Sequence record: NC_070966.1
Length of the DNA: 64,000 nt
Reading direction: 5' to 3' (one strand)
Shown: in pieces, positions 26,957 through 36,710 of the stretch
Numbering within the stretch: the first letter of the stretch is position 1
Layout of the letters: the number at the start of each line of letters is the position of its first letter
The notes under the pieces: generated by a model
What the model was told of the DNA's origin: nothing
Database searches by the model: none
The model's input: the letters and a program-made list of their open reading frames with translations, nothing else
Made by a program: the position numbers and the translations under genes

Positions 26957-28090
26957 ATGCAGAAGATTAGTTTTAATATTGATAAACTCCAGAGTATCAT
27001 TGGTGCTGCGAAAGCTTCGGCAAACAGTGGTCAAAGACGTGAGTTCACAAATACTGCGTTCCTTCCAGATGGTACGCATAAAATGCGATTCTTCCTAGGT
27101 CCAGATAATGAACTGTTCCGTGATGTGAAGATGTATCAATTCAAGGGTAAGAAGACTCTGTCTCCTCAAGTCTTGAATCGCGAGAATGAGAAGAATCCTG
27201 AATGGCCTAAGATTGTACAGGCTATGAAGCCTGAATGGAAAGAACAAGAAGTTACGAAGATTCCTCTTGAAGATACCATTGACAAGGCTGCTAAGGAAAT
27301 TAATAACTGGAAGTCTGGTCTATCTCTGAAGGGTCGTACCATGGTTTATGCCAAGGTATACGCGACTAACAAGGAAGATCAATACTGGAAGCCAGATAAT
27401 GTGTATGCCGTCATTGGTAAGAAGAAGCTGAAGGACGCTATTCTTGCTATGCTTGAATCTCTTGCAGCAGATTCGCCTGACTACATTATCTCGATGCTTA
27501 ATCCTTCACTTTCTGGTGGTATGGTAACGGTTAACGTTACTGGTGGTACTCAGGGTGCAGTTACGATTACTCCGATCCCTGGATCAACCAAGGATCCGAT
27601 CCTTACTCTCGACGAGGCTGGTAAGGGTCCAGAATGGTGGAGACCTCTTGATGAAGTCTTCATTGGTAAAGATTTTAATCTCAAGGCATGGGAAGAAGCT
27701 GAAGCAGAAGCTCAGAAGATTCTTGCTGAATGGCGTGAGAAGAAGGCTAATGGCACTGCTCCATCAGGTGATGGAGACGGTGACGGAGAAGGCAGCTCTG
27801 ATGATAAGGAGGGCGAGAGGTCTAGTACCTCTCAGTCCTCTCAATCTGAATCTCAGCAGTCATCTGAAGTAAAGGATTCTCCTAAAGAGGATCCTAAGCC
27901 TGAAGTGAAGACAGAGGTCAAGTCTGAACCTGACCTAGCTTCTAATCAGCGCAAGTGTCATACAGGTAGAGTAGTGACTCTACCTGATATCGCTATCCAG
28001 GATAATTGCTGGAAGGGATATGACGCTGGTAATATCAAGTGCATCTCATGTCCTGTTAACATTGAGTGCATGTCTGAGCAGGCTTTTTAA
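26957..28090 (+). CDS. Putative ssDNA-binding protein (gp32-like layout) with acidic/Ser linker and C-terminal Cys cluster
   Basis: GTHKMRFFLG N-terminus, GDGDGDGEGSSDDKE linker, CWKGY...CISCP...C tail. Confidence 0.5.
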   Translation: MQKISFNIDKLQSIIGAAKASANSGQRREFTNTAFLPDGTHKMRFFLGPDNELFRDVKMYQFKGKKTLSPQVLNRENEKNPEWPKIVQAMKPEWKEQEVTKIPLEDTIDKAAKEINNWKSGLSLKGRTMVYAKVYATNKEDQYWKPDNVYAVIGKKKLKDAILAMLESLAADSPDYIISMLNPSLSGGMVTVNVTGGTQGAVTITPIPGSTKDPILTLDEAGKGPEWWRPLDEVFIGKDFNLKAWEEAEAEAQKILAEWREKKANGTAPSGDGDGDGEGSSDDKEGERSSTSQSSQSESQQSSEVKDSPKEDPKPEVKTEVKSEPDLASNQRKCHTGRVVTLPDIAIQDNCWKGYDAGNIKCISCPVNIECMSEQAF

Positions 28091-28097
28091 GTCATAT

Positions 28098-28135
28098 GGG
28101 TGGGATTCAGAAATGGATTCCACCCAATTCTTTTG
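28098..28135 (+). terminator. Putative intrinsic terminator
   Basis: GGGTGG...CCACCC stem followed by TTCTTTT. Confidence 0.6.
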
Positions 28136-28150
28136 TCTTCAGGATTATAA

Positions 28151-28441
28151 ATGTACGAACATTATACTACCAGATTTAAACTGTTCGATGAGGTAGAAAT
28201 CTCTGATAATTATCAATATGCAGGTGATTATAAAGGAGAGAAATTCCTCGTTACAGGTATCAAATATGATCGTCCTCTTGGTATGACATTTAATTCTCAT
28301 AGAAATGGTTATAGGATTAGTGACTTGAATCTTAACATTCAACTTACTCAGATAAGTAGAGATACAGGTCGAATGTACGATGCTCCGACTGATGAGTGGA
28401 AAGAGGAAGATTTGACTCTAATTAAGAGGAACGTACCGTGA
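28151..28441 (+). CDS. Hypothetical protein
   Basis: AGGA RBS. Confidence 0.7.
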   Translation: MYEHYTTRFKLFDEVEISDNYQYAGDYKGEKFLVTGIKYDRPLGMTFNSHRNGYRISDLNLNIQLTQISRDTGRMYDAPTDEWKEEDLTLIKRNVP

Positions 28442-28758
28442 AGTCTAGTAATCTATCTGCTGTCATAGAGCTCATGGATCTGAAAGAGAAGCTTAGACAT
28501 CTAAGTGACTCAGAACATGGATTCATTAGAGTCGAGGTAGGTCAAGATAGTAGATGTAACTTCTTCAAAGATGGAAGTGCAAGTGTAGAAAGTGATTACG
28601 ATGACGACGATGATGATCGTGTGATCCTGTCTAAGTCTAATTCTAAGCACAAGAAGATATCTTTCGACATCTACACTCGCATTATACAGGTATTGCAGGA
28701 CTCTATCTCGGACTGCAACGTGGCTCTCAAACAACTAGGAGTTGAGATTGATGACTAA
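28438..28758 (+). CDS. Hypothetical protein
   Basis: GTGA-coupled ORF. Confidence 0.65.
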   Translation: MKSSNLSAVIELMDLKEKLRHLSDSEHGFIRVEVGQDSRCNFFKDGSASVESDYDDDDDDRVILSKSNSKHKKISFDIYTRIIQVLQDSISDCNVALKQLGVEIDD

Positions 28759-29866
28759 TAATTCATTTGCAGATCGTCTTTCTAAGGTAACTACAGTACC
28801 TCCTCCAGCACCTGTAGGTAATCTACCTGTAGCTAAGCCAGCAGGGTTCTCAGGGATCAAGTCTAATACCAATTCTGATCTCGTTTACAAGAGTGTTGTT
28901 ACCAAGGATGACATCGAGAATCTTGGTAAGGATATTGGTCGATCTGTAGGTGAAACTACTGAGAAGATCGTTCAGAAGGTTGCTCTCAGTAACTTCGGTG
29001 ATCTAGGAGCTATCCTCGCTCAAGTTCAAGCTGAAGCTGATAAGCTGGATCCTAATGCACAATTCTCAGGTGTAGGTGGATGGATTAAGTCCAAATTCAA
29101 GGACATTAAATCCGTACTCATTCAACAGTTGAATAGCGCTAGTAAAGTATTTGATGATCTTGAAGTGAAGATCGCTGACAATATCGCTGTTCATCAAGAG
29201 TGGGTAAAGGATTTGGATCTCCTATACAAGGAGAATTACAATCACTTTAAAGCTATTAATGCACTCATCGTCAAGGCTACTGAGTGGAAGGCTATGATCG
29301 AAACTCAGATCAAGAATCTGCCTCCGATCGATCCTAATGATCCTGAAGCTATGATGAAGGGTGAGCTCATTCGAGAACTCGAATCTCTGAAGAACCGTGC
29401 GGCTATCAAGCTCGACAACTTCACGAGACTTCGTATTATCTCGGAGAGTAATGCTCCTAAGATCAAGAGTCAGTCTGAGACATCTGAAACGACTATCATG
29501 ACTCTTCGTGATCTCATGGAACAAGCCATTCCGATGATCAAGATGGAATTTGCACTCTATCTCCAATCAATGGCATCTAAGTCTTCGCAAGATCTGATCA
29601 AGAATGGTCGTAATCTTGCTAATCAGACGCTGAAGAGATCTGCTGATGCAGCACATGATGCAGCTATCACTTCAGCTACTTCTCTGAACGACTCTATCGT
29701 TCAGACAGATACTCTGGATCACATCCGTAAGAAGATGCTTGATACTGTGCAGAATGTTCGTAAGATCCAGAGTGATGCACAGGCTAAACGAGATGCAGAT
29801 GCTAAGACTCTCAAGGAGAGTTCTGCAGCTTATCTCACTGAATTGCAGAAGAACAACGCTATCTAA
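28751..29866 (+). CDS. telA: Toxic anion resistance protein (TelA/KlaB family)
   Basis: Helical coiled protein: GGWIKSKF...QQLNSASKVFD...LDLLYKENY..IPMIKMEF; lies upstream of ter genes. Confidence 0.7.
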   Translation: MTNNSFADRLSKVTTVPPPAPVGNLPVAKPAGFSGIKSNTNSDLVYKSVVTKDDIENLGKDIGRSVGETTEKIVQKVALSNFGDLGAILAQVQAEADKLDPNAQFSGVGGWIKSKFKDIKSVLIQQLNSASKVFDDLEVKIADNIAVHQEWVKDLDLLYKENYNHFKAINALIVKATEWKAMIETQIKNLPPIDPNDPEAMMKGELIRELESLKNRAAIKLDNFTRLRIISESNAPKIKSQSETSETTIMTLRDLMEQAIPMIKMEFALYLQSMASKSSQDLIKNGRNLANQTLKRSADAAHDAAITSATSLNDSIVQTDTLDHIRKKMLDTVQNVRKIQSDAQAKRDADAKTLKESSAAYLTELQKNNAI

Positions 29867-29884
29867 CGAGGATAAATCATAGAT

Positions 29885-30598
29885 ATGACTAACGCTATCA
29901 CACTCGACCTCACCAAGAAGTTTGAACTCAATCTCGAGAAGGCTGGTATCACTCAGATTCCAGTTCTGGAGACTCGTCTCGCAGTAGATCGTTCGGGTTC
30001 TATGCAGGAAGAATTCGATGCAGGATGGGTTGATAAGACGATCAATCTCTTCATCGTAGCAGCTATGAAGTTCGATGACAATCAGTCTCTGGAAGTCGGA
30101 TTCTTCAATACTGAATTCACTCAGACTCCTGAAGCTCAGGCTAGTGATGTAGGTACGTATCTTAAGAGCAAGGCTCGTAATATTCGTCCGACATCTGGTA
30201 CGTATTATGCTCCGATCATCGAGAATCTCGAGTCTAAGATGTCAGCCTCTGCTCCGATTCAGGAGAAGAAGTCTGGATTCTTCGGATTCTTCAAAGGAGA
30301 CTCTTCTGCTCCAGCATCTAAGGAACGAGTAGCTAAGAACAAGGCATACGTTGGTGTTATCACTGACGGTGATCCAGGTGACAAGCGCAGCTTCGAGTCT
30401 GCACTTGCTAATACTTCTGGCGATACATTCTACCAGTTCATCGCTATCGGTAATCAGATCGATGCCAACTATCTGAAGGGACTGTCGAATCAGTACAAGC
30501 ATGTCTCCTTCATTCATCTGAAGGATCCTTACAAGGTGACTGACGACTCCTTCTACGAGAACCTCTGCAATGAGAAATTTGTAGCCTGGACGAAGTAA
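29885..30598 (+). CDS. vWA-domain protein (TerF-associated type)
   Basis: MIDAS AVDRSGSM, T(RPTSGT), ITDG. Confidence 0.85.
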   Translation: MTNAITLDLTKKFELNLEKAGITQIPVLETRLAVDRSGSMQEEFDAGWVDKTINLFIVAAMKFDDNQSLEVGFFNTEFTQTPEAQASDVGTYLKSKARNIRPTSGTYYAPIIENLESKMSASAPIQEKKSGFFGFFKGDSSAPASKERVAKNKAYVGVITDGDPGDKRSFESALANTSGDTFYQFIAIGNQIDANYLKGLSNQYKHVSFIHLKDPYKVTDDSFYENLCNEKFVAWTK

Positions 30599-30604
30599 TA
30601 CTCT

Positions 30605-30641
30605 AAGTAGTAGCTTCGTACCAGCGGAGCTACTACTTTTC
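30605..30641 (+). terminator. Putative intrinsic terminator
   Basis: AAGTAGTAGCT/AGCTACTACTT stem followed by TT. Confidence 0.6.
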
Positions 30642-30668
30642 ATTAATCTGGTAATCCTAGAGGGTTAA

Positions 30669-31706
30669 ATGTTTAAATATTTCGGTGGATCGTTCATTTT
30701 CGCAGCTGCAGCATTGATTGGACTGTATCTCTTTACAGGCAATCCTGCTGCTCTAGTGACAGCAGTTGTCCTCTCGATCGTAGAGGTAGCTGTTAGCTTC
30801 GATAATGCTATCGTAAATGCATCAATCATGAAGACGATGTCTCCTTTCTGGAAGAAGATGTTCGTTACAGTCGGTATGTTGTTTGCAGTAGGATTCATGA
30901 GACTATACTTCCCGATTCAGATCGTATCAGCAATTGGAGGTATCTCACTTCATGAAGCTGGTCATCTAGCTCTTGCTGAGCCTGATCGATTCTCTCACAT
31001 TCTTATCGAGTCTCATCACATCGTAGCTGGGTTTGGTGGTGCATTCCTTATGCTCGTAGCTTTGAAGTACTTTATCAATGCTGAGAAGGATGTCCACTGG
31101 GTACACGCTATTGAAGCACCTCTAGCATCTCTCGGTAAGCTTGATGAAGTCCAAGTTCTGATCGTAGCAGTTGTATCGTATATCCTTTCTCGCTATCTCG
31201 GAGATCATGGTACAGAGTTCTTCTATGCTGCTTTGATCGGTATCGGTACACATATTGTAGTTGATCTGATCAAAGAAACTCTGAGTCATATCGATACGTT
31301 TCTTGCTAAGGGAGCAGATGTAGCAGTCAAGGGTGGTCTTGGTGCATTCATCTATCTTGAAGTACTTGATGCATCCTTCTCGTTCGATGGAGTCATCGCT
31401 GCATTCGCTATCACCAATCAGATTGCAGTTGTAGCTGCCGGTCTTGGTATCGGTGCTATGTTCGTACGTAGTCTGACTCTCATGCTTGATGACAAGGATA
31501 CTCTCACAACTTTCCGATATCTTGAGAGTGGTGCATTCTGGGCTATCGGTGGACTTGCTGCATTCATGTACATCAGCACACTTGTACATGTCTCAGAGTG
31601 GATTATCGCAGGATTCTCTGCTGTAGTCATTCTCGTATCGTTCCTACATTCGATTAAGGCTAACAAGGATGAAGAACTCCTACAGCCTGTCCTCGAAATT
31701 CATTAA
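30669..31706 (+). CDS. DUF475/TerC-family integral membrane protein
   Basis: EVAVSFDNAIVNA, EVLDASFSFDGVI, YLESGAFWAI. Confidence 0.9.
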   Translation: MFKYFGGSFIFAAAALIGLYLFTGNPAALVTAVVLSIVEVAVSFDNAIVNASIMKTMSPFWKKMFVTVGMLFAVGFMRLYFPIQIVSAIGGISLHEAGHLALAEPDRFSHILIESHHIVAGFGGAFLMLVALKYFINAEKDVHWVHAIEAPLASLGKLDEVQVLIVAVVSYILSRYLGDHGTEFFYAALIGIGTHIVVDLIKETLSHIDTFLAKGADVAVKGGLGAFIYLEVLDASFSFDGVIAAFAITNQIAVVAAGLGIGAMFVRSLTLMLDDKDTLTTFRYLESGAFWAIGGLAAFMYISTLVHVSEWIIAGFSAVVILVSFLHSIKANKDEELLQPVLEIH

Positions 31707-31735
31707 CATTAACTCCTAGATAAGGATTTGGAGAA

Positions 31736-32320
31736 ATGATCGTGCTCGACCTCAATAAAGACGCAGGTATCGTACTGGATCTCAGCAAGGAAGATCCGTC
31801 TCTTGAAACTCTCAAGATCAAGCTGGACTGGAATCCTCATCCAGTTCATGGTGCTAGCCTGACGGATGGCTTCGATCTGGATATCTTCGCATATGTTCTC
31901 AATGAACAAGGTAAGATCACTAGCGGTTCTGATGTTGTATTCTTCAACAACAAGAATTTCGCTAATGGTGCTATTGTTCTTCCTAAGGACAACCGTACTG
32001 GTGAAGGTGATGACGATGAAGAATTGCTCATCACCACGTCTAAGATTCCTGCAGACAAGAAGTCTGTAGCTATCTATGTGACCATTCACAAGGCTACAGA
32101 ACGTGGTCATCACTTCGGTATGGTATCTGGAGCATCTCTTCAGTTCATCAATGCTGACTCTGGTAAGATTATTGCCAAGTATGACCTGACTGCCAACTAC
32201 TCTGGTAATACTGCATTCTTTGGTGGTATCCTTTCTGTTGAGAATGGTAAGGGTAAGTTCCAATCGAATGGTGAGGCAGCAGACGCTGATCCTAATCAGA
32301 TCGCTCAGTTGTACGTCTAA
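31736..32320 (+). CDS. terD: TerD-family protein
   Basis: FDLD, VVFFNN, DNRTGEGDDDE, HHFGMV. Confidence 0.9.
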   Translation: MIVLDLNKDAGIVLDLSKEDPSLETLKIKLDWNPHPVHGASLTDGFDLDIFAYVLNEQGKITSGSDVVFFNNKNFANGAIVLPKDNRTGEGDDDEELLITTSKIPADKKSVAIYVTIHKATERGHHFGMVSGASLQFINADSGKIIAKYDLTANYSGNTAFFGGILSVENGKGKFQSNGEAADADPNQIAQLYV

Positions 32321-32327
32321 CATTATC

Positions 32328-32365
32328 GGGCTGGTATCTCAGTAGAGGTACTGGCCCTTCTTTTT
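32328..32365 (+). terminator. Intrinsic terminator
   Basis: GGGCTGGTATCTC/GAGGTACTGGCCC stem (G-U pairs) followed by TTCTTTTT. Confidence 0.75.
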
Positions 32366-32376
32366 GGAGAAATTTC

Positions 32377-33009
32377 ATGGATATTGCATTATTTGGTCTA
32401 CTTGACTATACTCTCTTAAGTTGGGTACTCTTTGTAGCACTCATCGGAATTGTAGGTCTCATCGAAGAGAATGAACTACCTGTTCCGGCATTCATTACCT
32501 TTATTGTTGGTCTCACAGGACTTCAATACTTTACGGATCTGAAACCTTGGACATACGTCTACGAGAATCCATGGTACTTCCTACTGTATGTAGTTATCTA
32601 CATTGTAGCAGGTATCATATGGTCTCATGTTAAGTGGGTACTTTATCTTCGAGAGATTAAGAATTATCATCCTACGAGCATCAAAGAAGCAGAGGCTCAT
32701 GCACTCGTAGTCGAGAAACGTAATGAAGATTATCGTAAGACTCATCCTAACTACGTAGAATCAACTGTTGATGTTAACGAGAAAGCGATCGAGTATACTA
32801 CGAAGAAATTTCGATTGAGATCTCTTCCTCCGAAGGCTTCTGAGAAGAAGACTAGAATCACATCTTGGTTGATGTACTGGCCGATCTCGATGTTCTGGAC
32901 AGTTGTTGACAAGTTTGTAGTCAATCTGTTTAACAATCTGTTCGAACTGATTCGTGCTAGCTATCAGCGTGTATCTGATAAGATGTTCGCTGACTTCACG
33001 ACCAAGTGA
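32377..33009 (+). CDS. Membrane protein
   Basis: Three hydrophobic N-terminal segments; WLMYWPISMFW. Confidence 0.75.
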   Translation: MDIALFGLLDYTLLSWVLFVALIGIVGLIEENELPVPAFITFIVGLTGLQYFTDLKPWTYVYENPWYFLLYVVIYIVAGIIWSHVKWVLYLREIKNYHPTSIKEAEAHALVVEKRNEDYRKTHPNYVESTVDVNEKAIEYTTKKFRLRSLPPKASEKKTRITSWLMYWPISMFWTVVDKFVVNLFNNLFELIRASYQRVSDKMFADFTTK

Positions 33010-33027
33010 GGCTCGATTAGCCTTCCT
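33001..33027 (+). promoter_or_regulatory. Motif class A (near-match ACCAA-N13-AGCCTTCCT)
   Basis: One mismatch in the pentamer. Confidence 0.55.
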
Positions 33028-33056
33028 CTTTATCGAGAGAACGAAGTGAGATATTT

Positions 33057-33962
33057 ATGACTGTTCTAATATTTGATGGATCACATCTGCTACAACGGAT
33101 GAAGTTCGTAGCTGTTAAAGAGAATCGTATATCCTCAAAATATATGTCATGGCTCTTATTCCGTTCTCTCATTAAGAAGTGTGTTGAGAATCAACCTTCT
33201 CGTATTTATGTACTATGGGATGAAGGAGCTTGTACATATAGGCATAAGATTGTTGAAGGCTACAAAGAAAGTCGAATCAACAATAATCCTTCAGAGAAGG
33301 ACGTTCTCGCATTTAGAGAATTTCTAGATTCACGTAGATATCTCCATGAGATCCTACCTACAATTGGTGTAGTATCTATCAAAGTACCTGGAGTAGAAGC
33401 AGACGATTGGGGACATTATCTCTCCAATAAGTTTGATACTGGTGTTCTCGTAAGTGAGGATAAGGACTGGCTTCTTAATCTCCGTCCAGGATGGAAGTTG
33501 ATTCGTCCCATTATCAAAGAAGAGTATACATGGGAATCGTTCGACAAGATGATGAACGAACGCTACTATAAGAATCCCACTGAGTACACTCACTATGATC
33601 CTCTCAAGAAGTATCTGATCATGAAGGCAGTTTATGGAGACAAGGACGAGGTTCCTCGTATCACAACTCCTGCTCCTGCTAAGAAGATTATTGATTACTT
33701 GACAGGTCAAATCAAGTCGTTGGATCCTAAGGAGAAGAGCACTCTAGACAATAGTCGTAAAGAGCTAGCTCGTAATCTTAGACTAGCGGCTACTGACTGG
33801 CTGACAGTTCATCCTGAACTTATTGATAGTGAAGGAATCCATCAGTCAGAATTAAATAGGGTAACGTACAAGAGTAAAGAGAATTTCTTAAAAGTCGCAT
33901 CTGAGTTAAATCTCTTTCAATACATTAATAAATGGCATAAAATATCGGAGAGACTAAGTTGA
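33057..33962 (+). CDS. 5'-3' exonuclease / RNase H (T4 Rnh, PolI N-terminal-like)
   Basis: FDGSH, WDEG, YR....YK..R, EADD, SEDKD, GDKDEVP. Confidence 0.85.
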   Translation: MTVLIFDGSHLLQRMKFVAVKENRISSKYMSWLLFRSLIKKCVENQPSRIYVLWDEGACTYRHKIVEGYKESRINNNPSEKDVLAFREFLDSRRYLHEILPTIGVVSIKVPGVEADDWGHYLSNKFDTGVLVSEDKDWLLNLRPGWKLIRPIIKEEYTWESFDKMMNERYYKNPTEYTHYDPLKKYLIMKAVYGDKDEVPRITTPAPAKKIIDYLTGQIKSLDPKEKSTLDNSRKELARNLRLAATDWLTVHPELIDSEGIHQSELNRVTYKSKENFLKVASELNLFQYINKWHKISERLS

Positions 33963-34147
33963 CAGTTAAGTCTATCAATGAAGTCATAAACAACCTGACG
34001 AATCTTGTAGAACAAGGTGGTATTCAGGCTATTAAGAATGCATCTGATGAAGATCTATACGCACTGTTCAGATCTTATATCATGATGAATGATCTTCTCA
34101 AAATTAGACAGTCACGCATTGCTAACTTAGAGCGTGGCATCAAATAA
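33959..34147 (+). CDS. Hypothetical protein
   Basis: TTGA-coupled ORF. Confidence 0.6.
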   Translation: MTVKSINEVINNLTNLVEQGGIQAIKNASDEDLYALFRSYIMMNDLLKIRQSRIANLERGIK

Positions 34148-34161
34148 TCTTAGGGTATATT

Positions 34162-35031
34162 ATGAACTTAGAATCTATGAAGGCTGCTCTCGAAGAATCA
34201 GGTAAATACATGATTCTCGATGTCTATAAGTATCAAGACAAATATAATGAGAATATAGATAATAGACCCTTGCGACTGGTCTCTGTTATCGATACTGAAA
34301 CGACTGGTCTAGATTCTAAGAAAGACTCTATTATAAATCTCGGAATAGTGAACATCGAAGTTGATGACGATGGTAATATCTATCGAGTAGTGGAAGGCTA
34401 TAATGGATTTGAGCAACCTCGCTATCCTATCCCTCCACACATTACAGATATCACAGGAATCACCGATGATCTAGTCAAAGGTCATAAATTTGATTATGAC
34501 AAAGTGAATAAAATGTTGGACGCATCGGATCTTGTCATTGCTCACAATGCTGGATTCGATCGTCCATTCGTAGACGATAAGTTTACATCATCTACAGAGA
34601 AGATATGGGCATGTTCCTTAGAAGATGTTCCATGGAAAGCTTATAATTTTGGTAGTAAGCGATTAATTGATATTGCAATCCACTTTGGATTCTACTATAA
34701 TGCCCATCGTGCAATCAGTGACGTAATGGCTCTTGTTCATATCTTGAGTAAGAAGCTGGACGGTACCACGATGATGAGCCATATGCTCGATTCTATAAGT
34801 AAATCGTACGTGATGATCTATGCACTAGAAGCTCCGTTCGAAACAAAGGATCTGTTGAAGGCTAAGAGATATAAATGGGATTTTGTCAGAAAGTCCTGGT
34901 ACAAGATTGTACCTACATCGGTATCTATGTTTGAGAAAGAATTTCTTGAAAGAGAGATCTACGATGGATCTCCGAGATATCAAATCACACCATTACCTCG
35001 AAATACGGTATATAGTACTCTGGTCAAATAA
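34162..35031 (+). CDS. DNA polymerase III epsilon-like 3'-5' exonuclease
   Basis: DTETTG, AHNAGFDRPF, HRAISD, APFETKDLLKAKRYKW. Confidence 0.88.
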   Translation: MNLESMKAALEESGKYMILDVYKYQDKYNENIDNRPLRLVSVIDTETTGLDSKKDSIINLGIVNIEVDDDGNIYRVVEGYNGFEQPRYPIPPHITDITGITDDLVKGHKFDYDKVNKMLDASDLVIAHNAGFDRPFVDDKFTSSTEKIWACSLEDVPWKAYNFGSKRLIDIAIHFGFYYNAHRAISDVMALVHILSKKLDGTTMMSHMLDSISKSYVMIYALEAPFETKDLLKAKRYKWDFVRKSWYKIVPTSVSMFEKEFLEREIYDGSPRYQITPLPRNTVYSTLVK

Positions 35032-35486
35032 TGAAGAAGAATGTATTAGTAGGATTAGATCATAGGATCCTTACAGGTCTAGATAATCTTGTCCTACTCT
35101 TATGCACCAGACTACAAATCAAGAAAATCCATCTTCAGAGACTTCTGGTTTGTATTTATTGTGTCTTATTGCATAAAATTGGATTTTCTGTCATAGGCAT
35201 CCTTGTTCTACAAGGTCTACAAGAATTGTCCCTGTTAAATATGGGGACGAAATCATACAACAATTACATCGAAGGAACTCGATTTGAGCCATTCAATATT
35301 TATGTCAGGCTCATCTCCTTCCTATTCTGTATATATTATACTGCATATTCATTCGCTCTTCATGAGATCACTACAATTAATGTACTTCAGAAGATTATTC
35401 TGGAAGTGTACGTGTATAGTGTATTCTGTCGAGACTACAACGGTACGACGCAAGTAGAGTACTGGGACGAGACGAAGTTCGCCTGA
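35031..35486 (+). CDS. Hydrophobic hypothetical protein
   Basis: TAATG-coupled ORF. Confidence 0.55.
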   Translation: MKKNVLVGLDHRILTGLDNLVLLLCTRLQIKKIHLQRLLVCIYCVLLHKIGFSVIGILVLQGLQELSLLNMGTKSYNNYIEGTRFEPFNIYVRLISFLFCIYYTAYSFALHEITTINVLQKIILEVYVYSVFCRDYNGTTQVEYWDETKFA

Positions 35487-35498
35487 ATAAGCCTTCTC
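35472..35498 (+). promoter_or_regulatory. Motif class A ACGAA-N13-AGCCTTCTC
   Basis: Consensus match at a gene boundary. Confidence 0.6.
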
Positions 35499-35563
35499 TT
35501 CTTAGAGAATCAAGAATTTTCTACTTAGATATAAATTTAATTTAACATAACATTAGGTATAAA

Positions 35564-36019
35564 ATGCCTCTACTATTCAGAGAAAATATCTGGAGAGTCG
35601 ATCTTCAACTTAATCGCAATATTCTATTCCTTTTTGGTGACAATGAGGCTAGATATGGCTTAGGTGGTCAAGCTAGAGAGTGCAGAGGAGAGCCTAACGC
35701 TGTAGGCGTCAGAACTAAGAAGAAACCTTCTCGAGATAATGACGCTTACTGGTCTGATAATAAGTACGATAAATATGTTGAAATGATCGATGAAGATTTT
35801 AAACGTGCATTCGATCATATCTTAGCAGGAGGTACAGTAGTCTGTCCTATGGCTAAGCTAGGATCTGGTATGTCTGAGCTCCCTACAAGAGCACCTAAAC
35901 TTTATCGATATATTGAATATAAAATTAGCGAACTCGGTCGTCTGGGCAACATGATCCGAGAAGTCGATACTGAGATTAGTGATAGATACCTTGCTCAGAA
36001 GGGTATCTTGAAAACATAA
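35564..36019 (+). CDS. Conserved phage protein (FGDN...GGQA family)
   Basis: LFLFGDNEARYGLGGQARECRGEPNAVGVRTKK; LGSGMSEL. Confidence 0.7.
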   Translation: MPLLFRENIWRVDLQLNRNILFLFGDNEARYGLGGQARECRGEPNAVGVRTKKKPSRDNDAYWSDNKYDKYVEMIDEDFKRAFDHILAGGTVVCPMAKLGSGMSELPTRAPKLYRYIEYKISELGRLGNMIREVDTEISDRYLAQKGILKT

Positions 36020-36028
36020 GAGTTCAAA

Positions 36029-36292
36029 ATGAACAAACTAGGTATTTCATGTTACGAAGTGCTATGGATTGTTATCCAACTATCTCTCATTACCATTAGT
36101 ATACTTGGTAATGTAAATTGGGATTGGTTTACAGTTCTAACTCCAGTTTGGACACATCTGTTCTTAACAATGATGACATTCCTATACGTTAGTCGTTATC
36201 GTAATTCGTCATTCAGTTACAGAAAAGATAGATCCTACTTGATGAACAAGTTCTTCAGCATATCTATCAAACTGTTATCCACAGAGAGATAA
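36029..36292 (+). CDS. Small membrane protein
   Basis: Hydrophobic segments; WDWFTVLTPVW. Confidence 0.65.
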   Translation: MNKLGISCYEVLWIVIQLSLITISILGNVNWDWFTVLTPVWTHLFLTMMTFLYVSRYRNSSFSYRKDRSYLMNKFFSISIKLLSTER

Positions 36293-36452
36293 ATGAATCT
36301 GCAAGTTAAAGAGTGCCAGTCTTCTTTGACGATTCGGAGAGCTATACAGACGTTAGTCCGGAGATATGAAAATGCTCAGACTTACGTAATGAAGAAATCT
36401 GACGACAAAGTAGGCAAAGAATTAGTAGTCCAATAACGGGGTATCGTATAAG

Positions 36453-36698
36453 ATGGCGCATGGGGATGCAGTTGTTCAACTCAAGCCTTTGTCTACTACA
36501 GAATCTTTGTCTAGTATCTTGAATCTTTTGGACGCATCTAGTCGTGTAGAAGATATCAGTAATATGACCGTAGAAGTTTTAGATAAGTGGGCTAATAATT
36601 TAGCTGGCTTCGTAGGTCTGAAAGTGACAAGTGTCACTGAAGACGCAATTGAATTTATTCCAAGTCCTGGACATAGAATTATTTTAGACGTCGCATAA
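36453..36698 (+). CDS. Hypothetical protein
   Basis: ORF. Confidence 0.6.
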   Translation: MAHGDAVVQLKPLSTTESLSSILNLLDASSRVEDISNMTVEVLDKWANNLAGFVGLKVTSVTEDAIEFIPSPGHRIILDVA

Positions 36699-36710
36699 TC
36701 AGGAAATATT

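Noticed and set aside
28590-28620. GAT/GAC trinucleotide run
   Set aside because: Encodes a poly-Asp stretch within a CDS; not a regulatory repeat.
28751-32320. Bacterial chromosomal or plasmid ter island (host contamination)
   Set aside because: Same strand, gene packing and codon style as the flanking phage genes; no integrase or IS boundaries.
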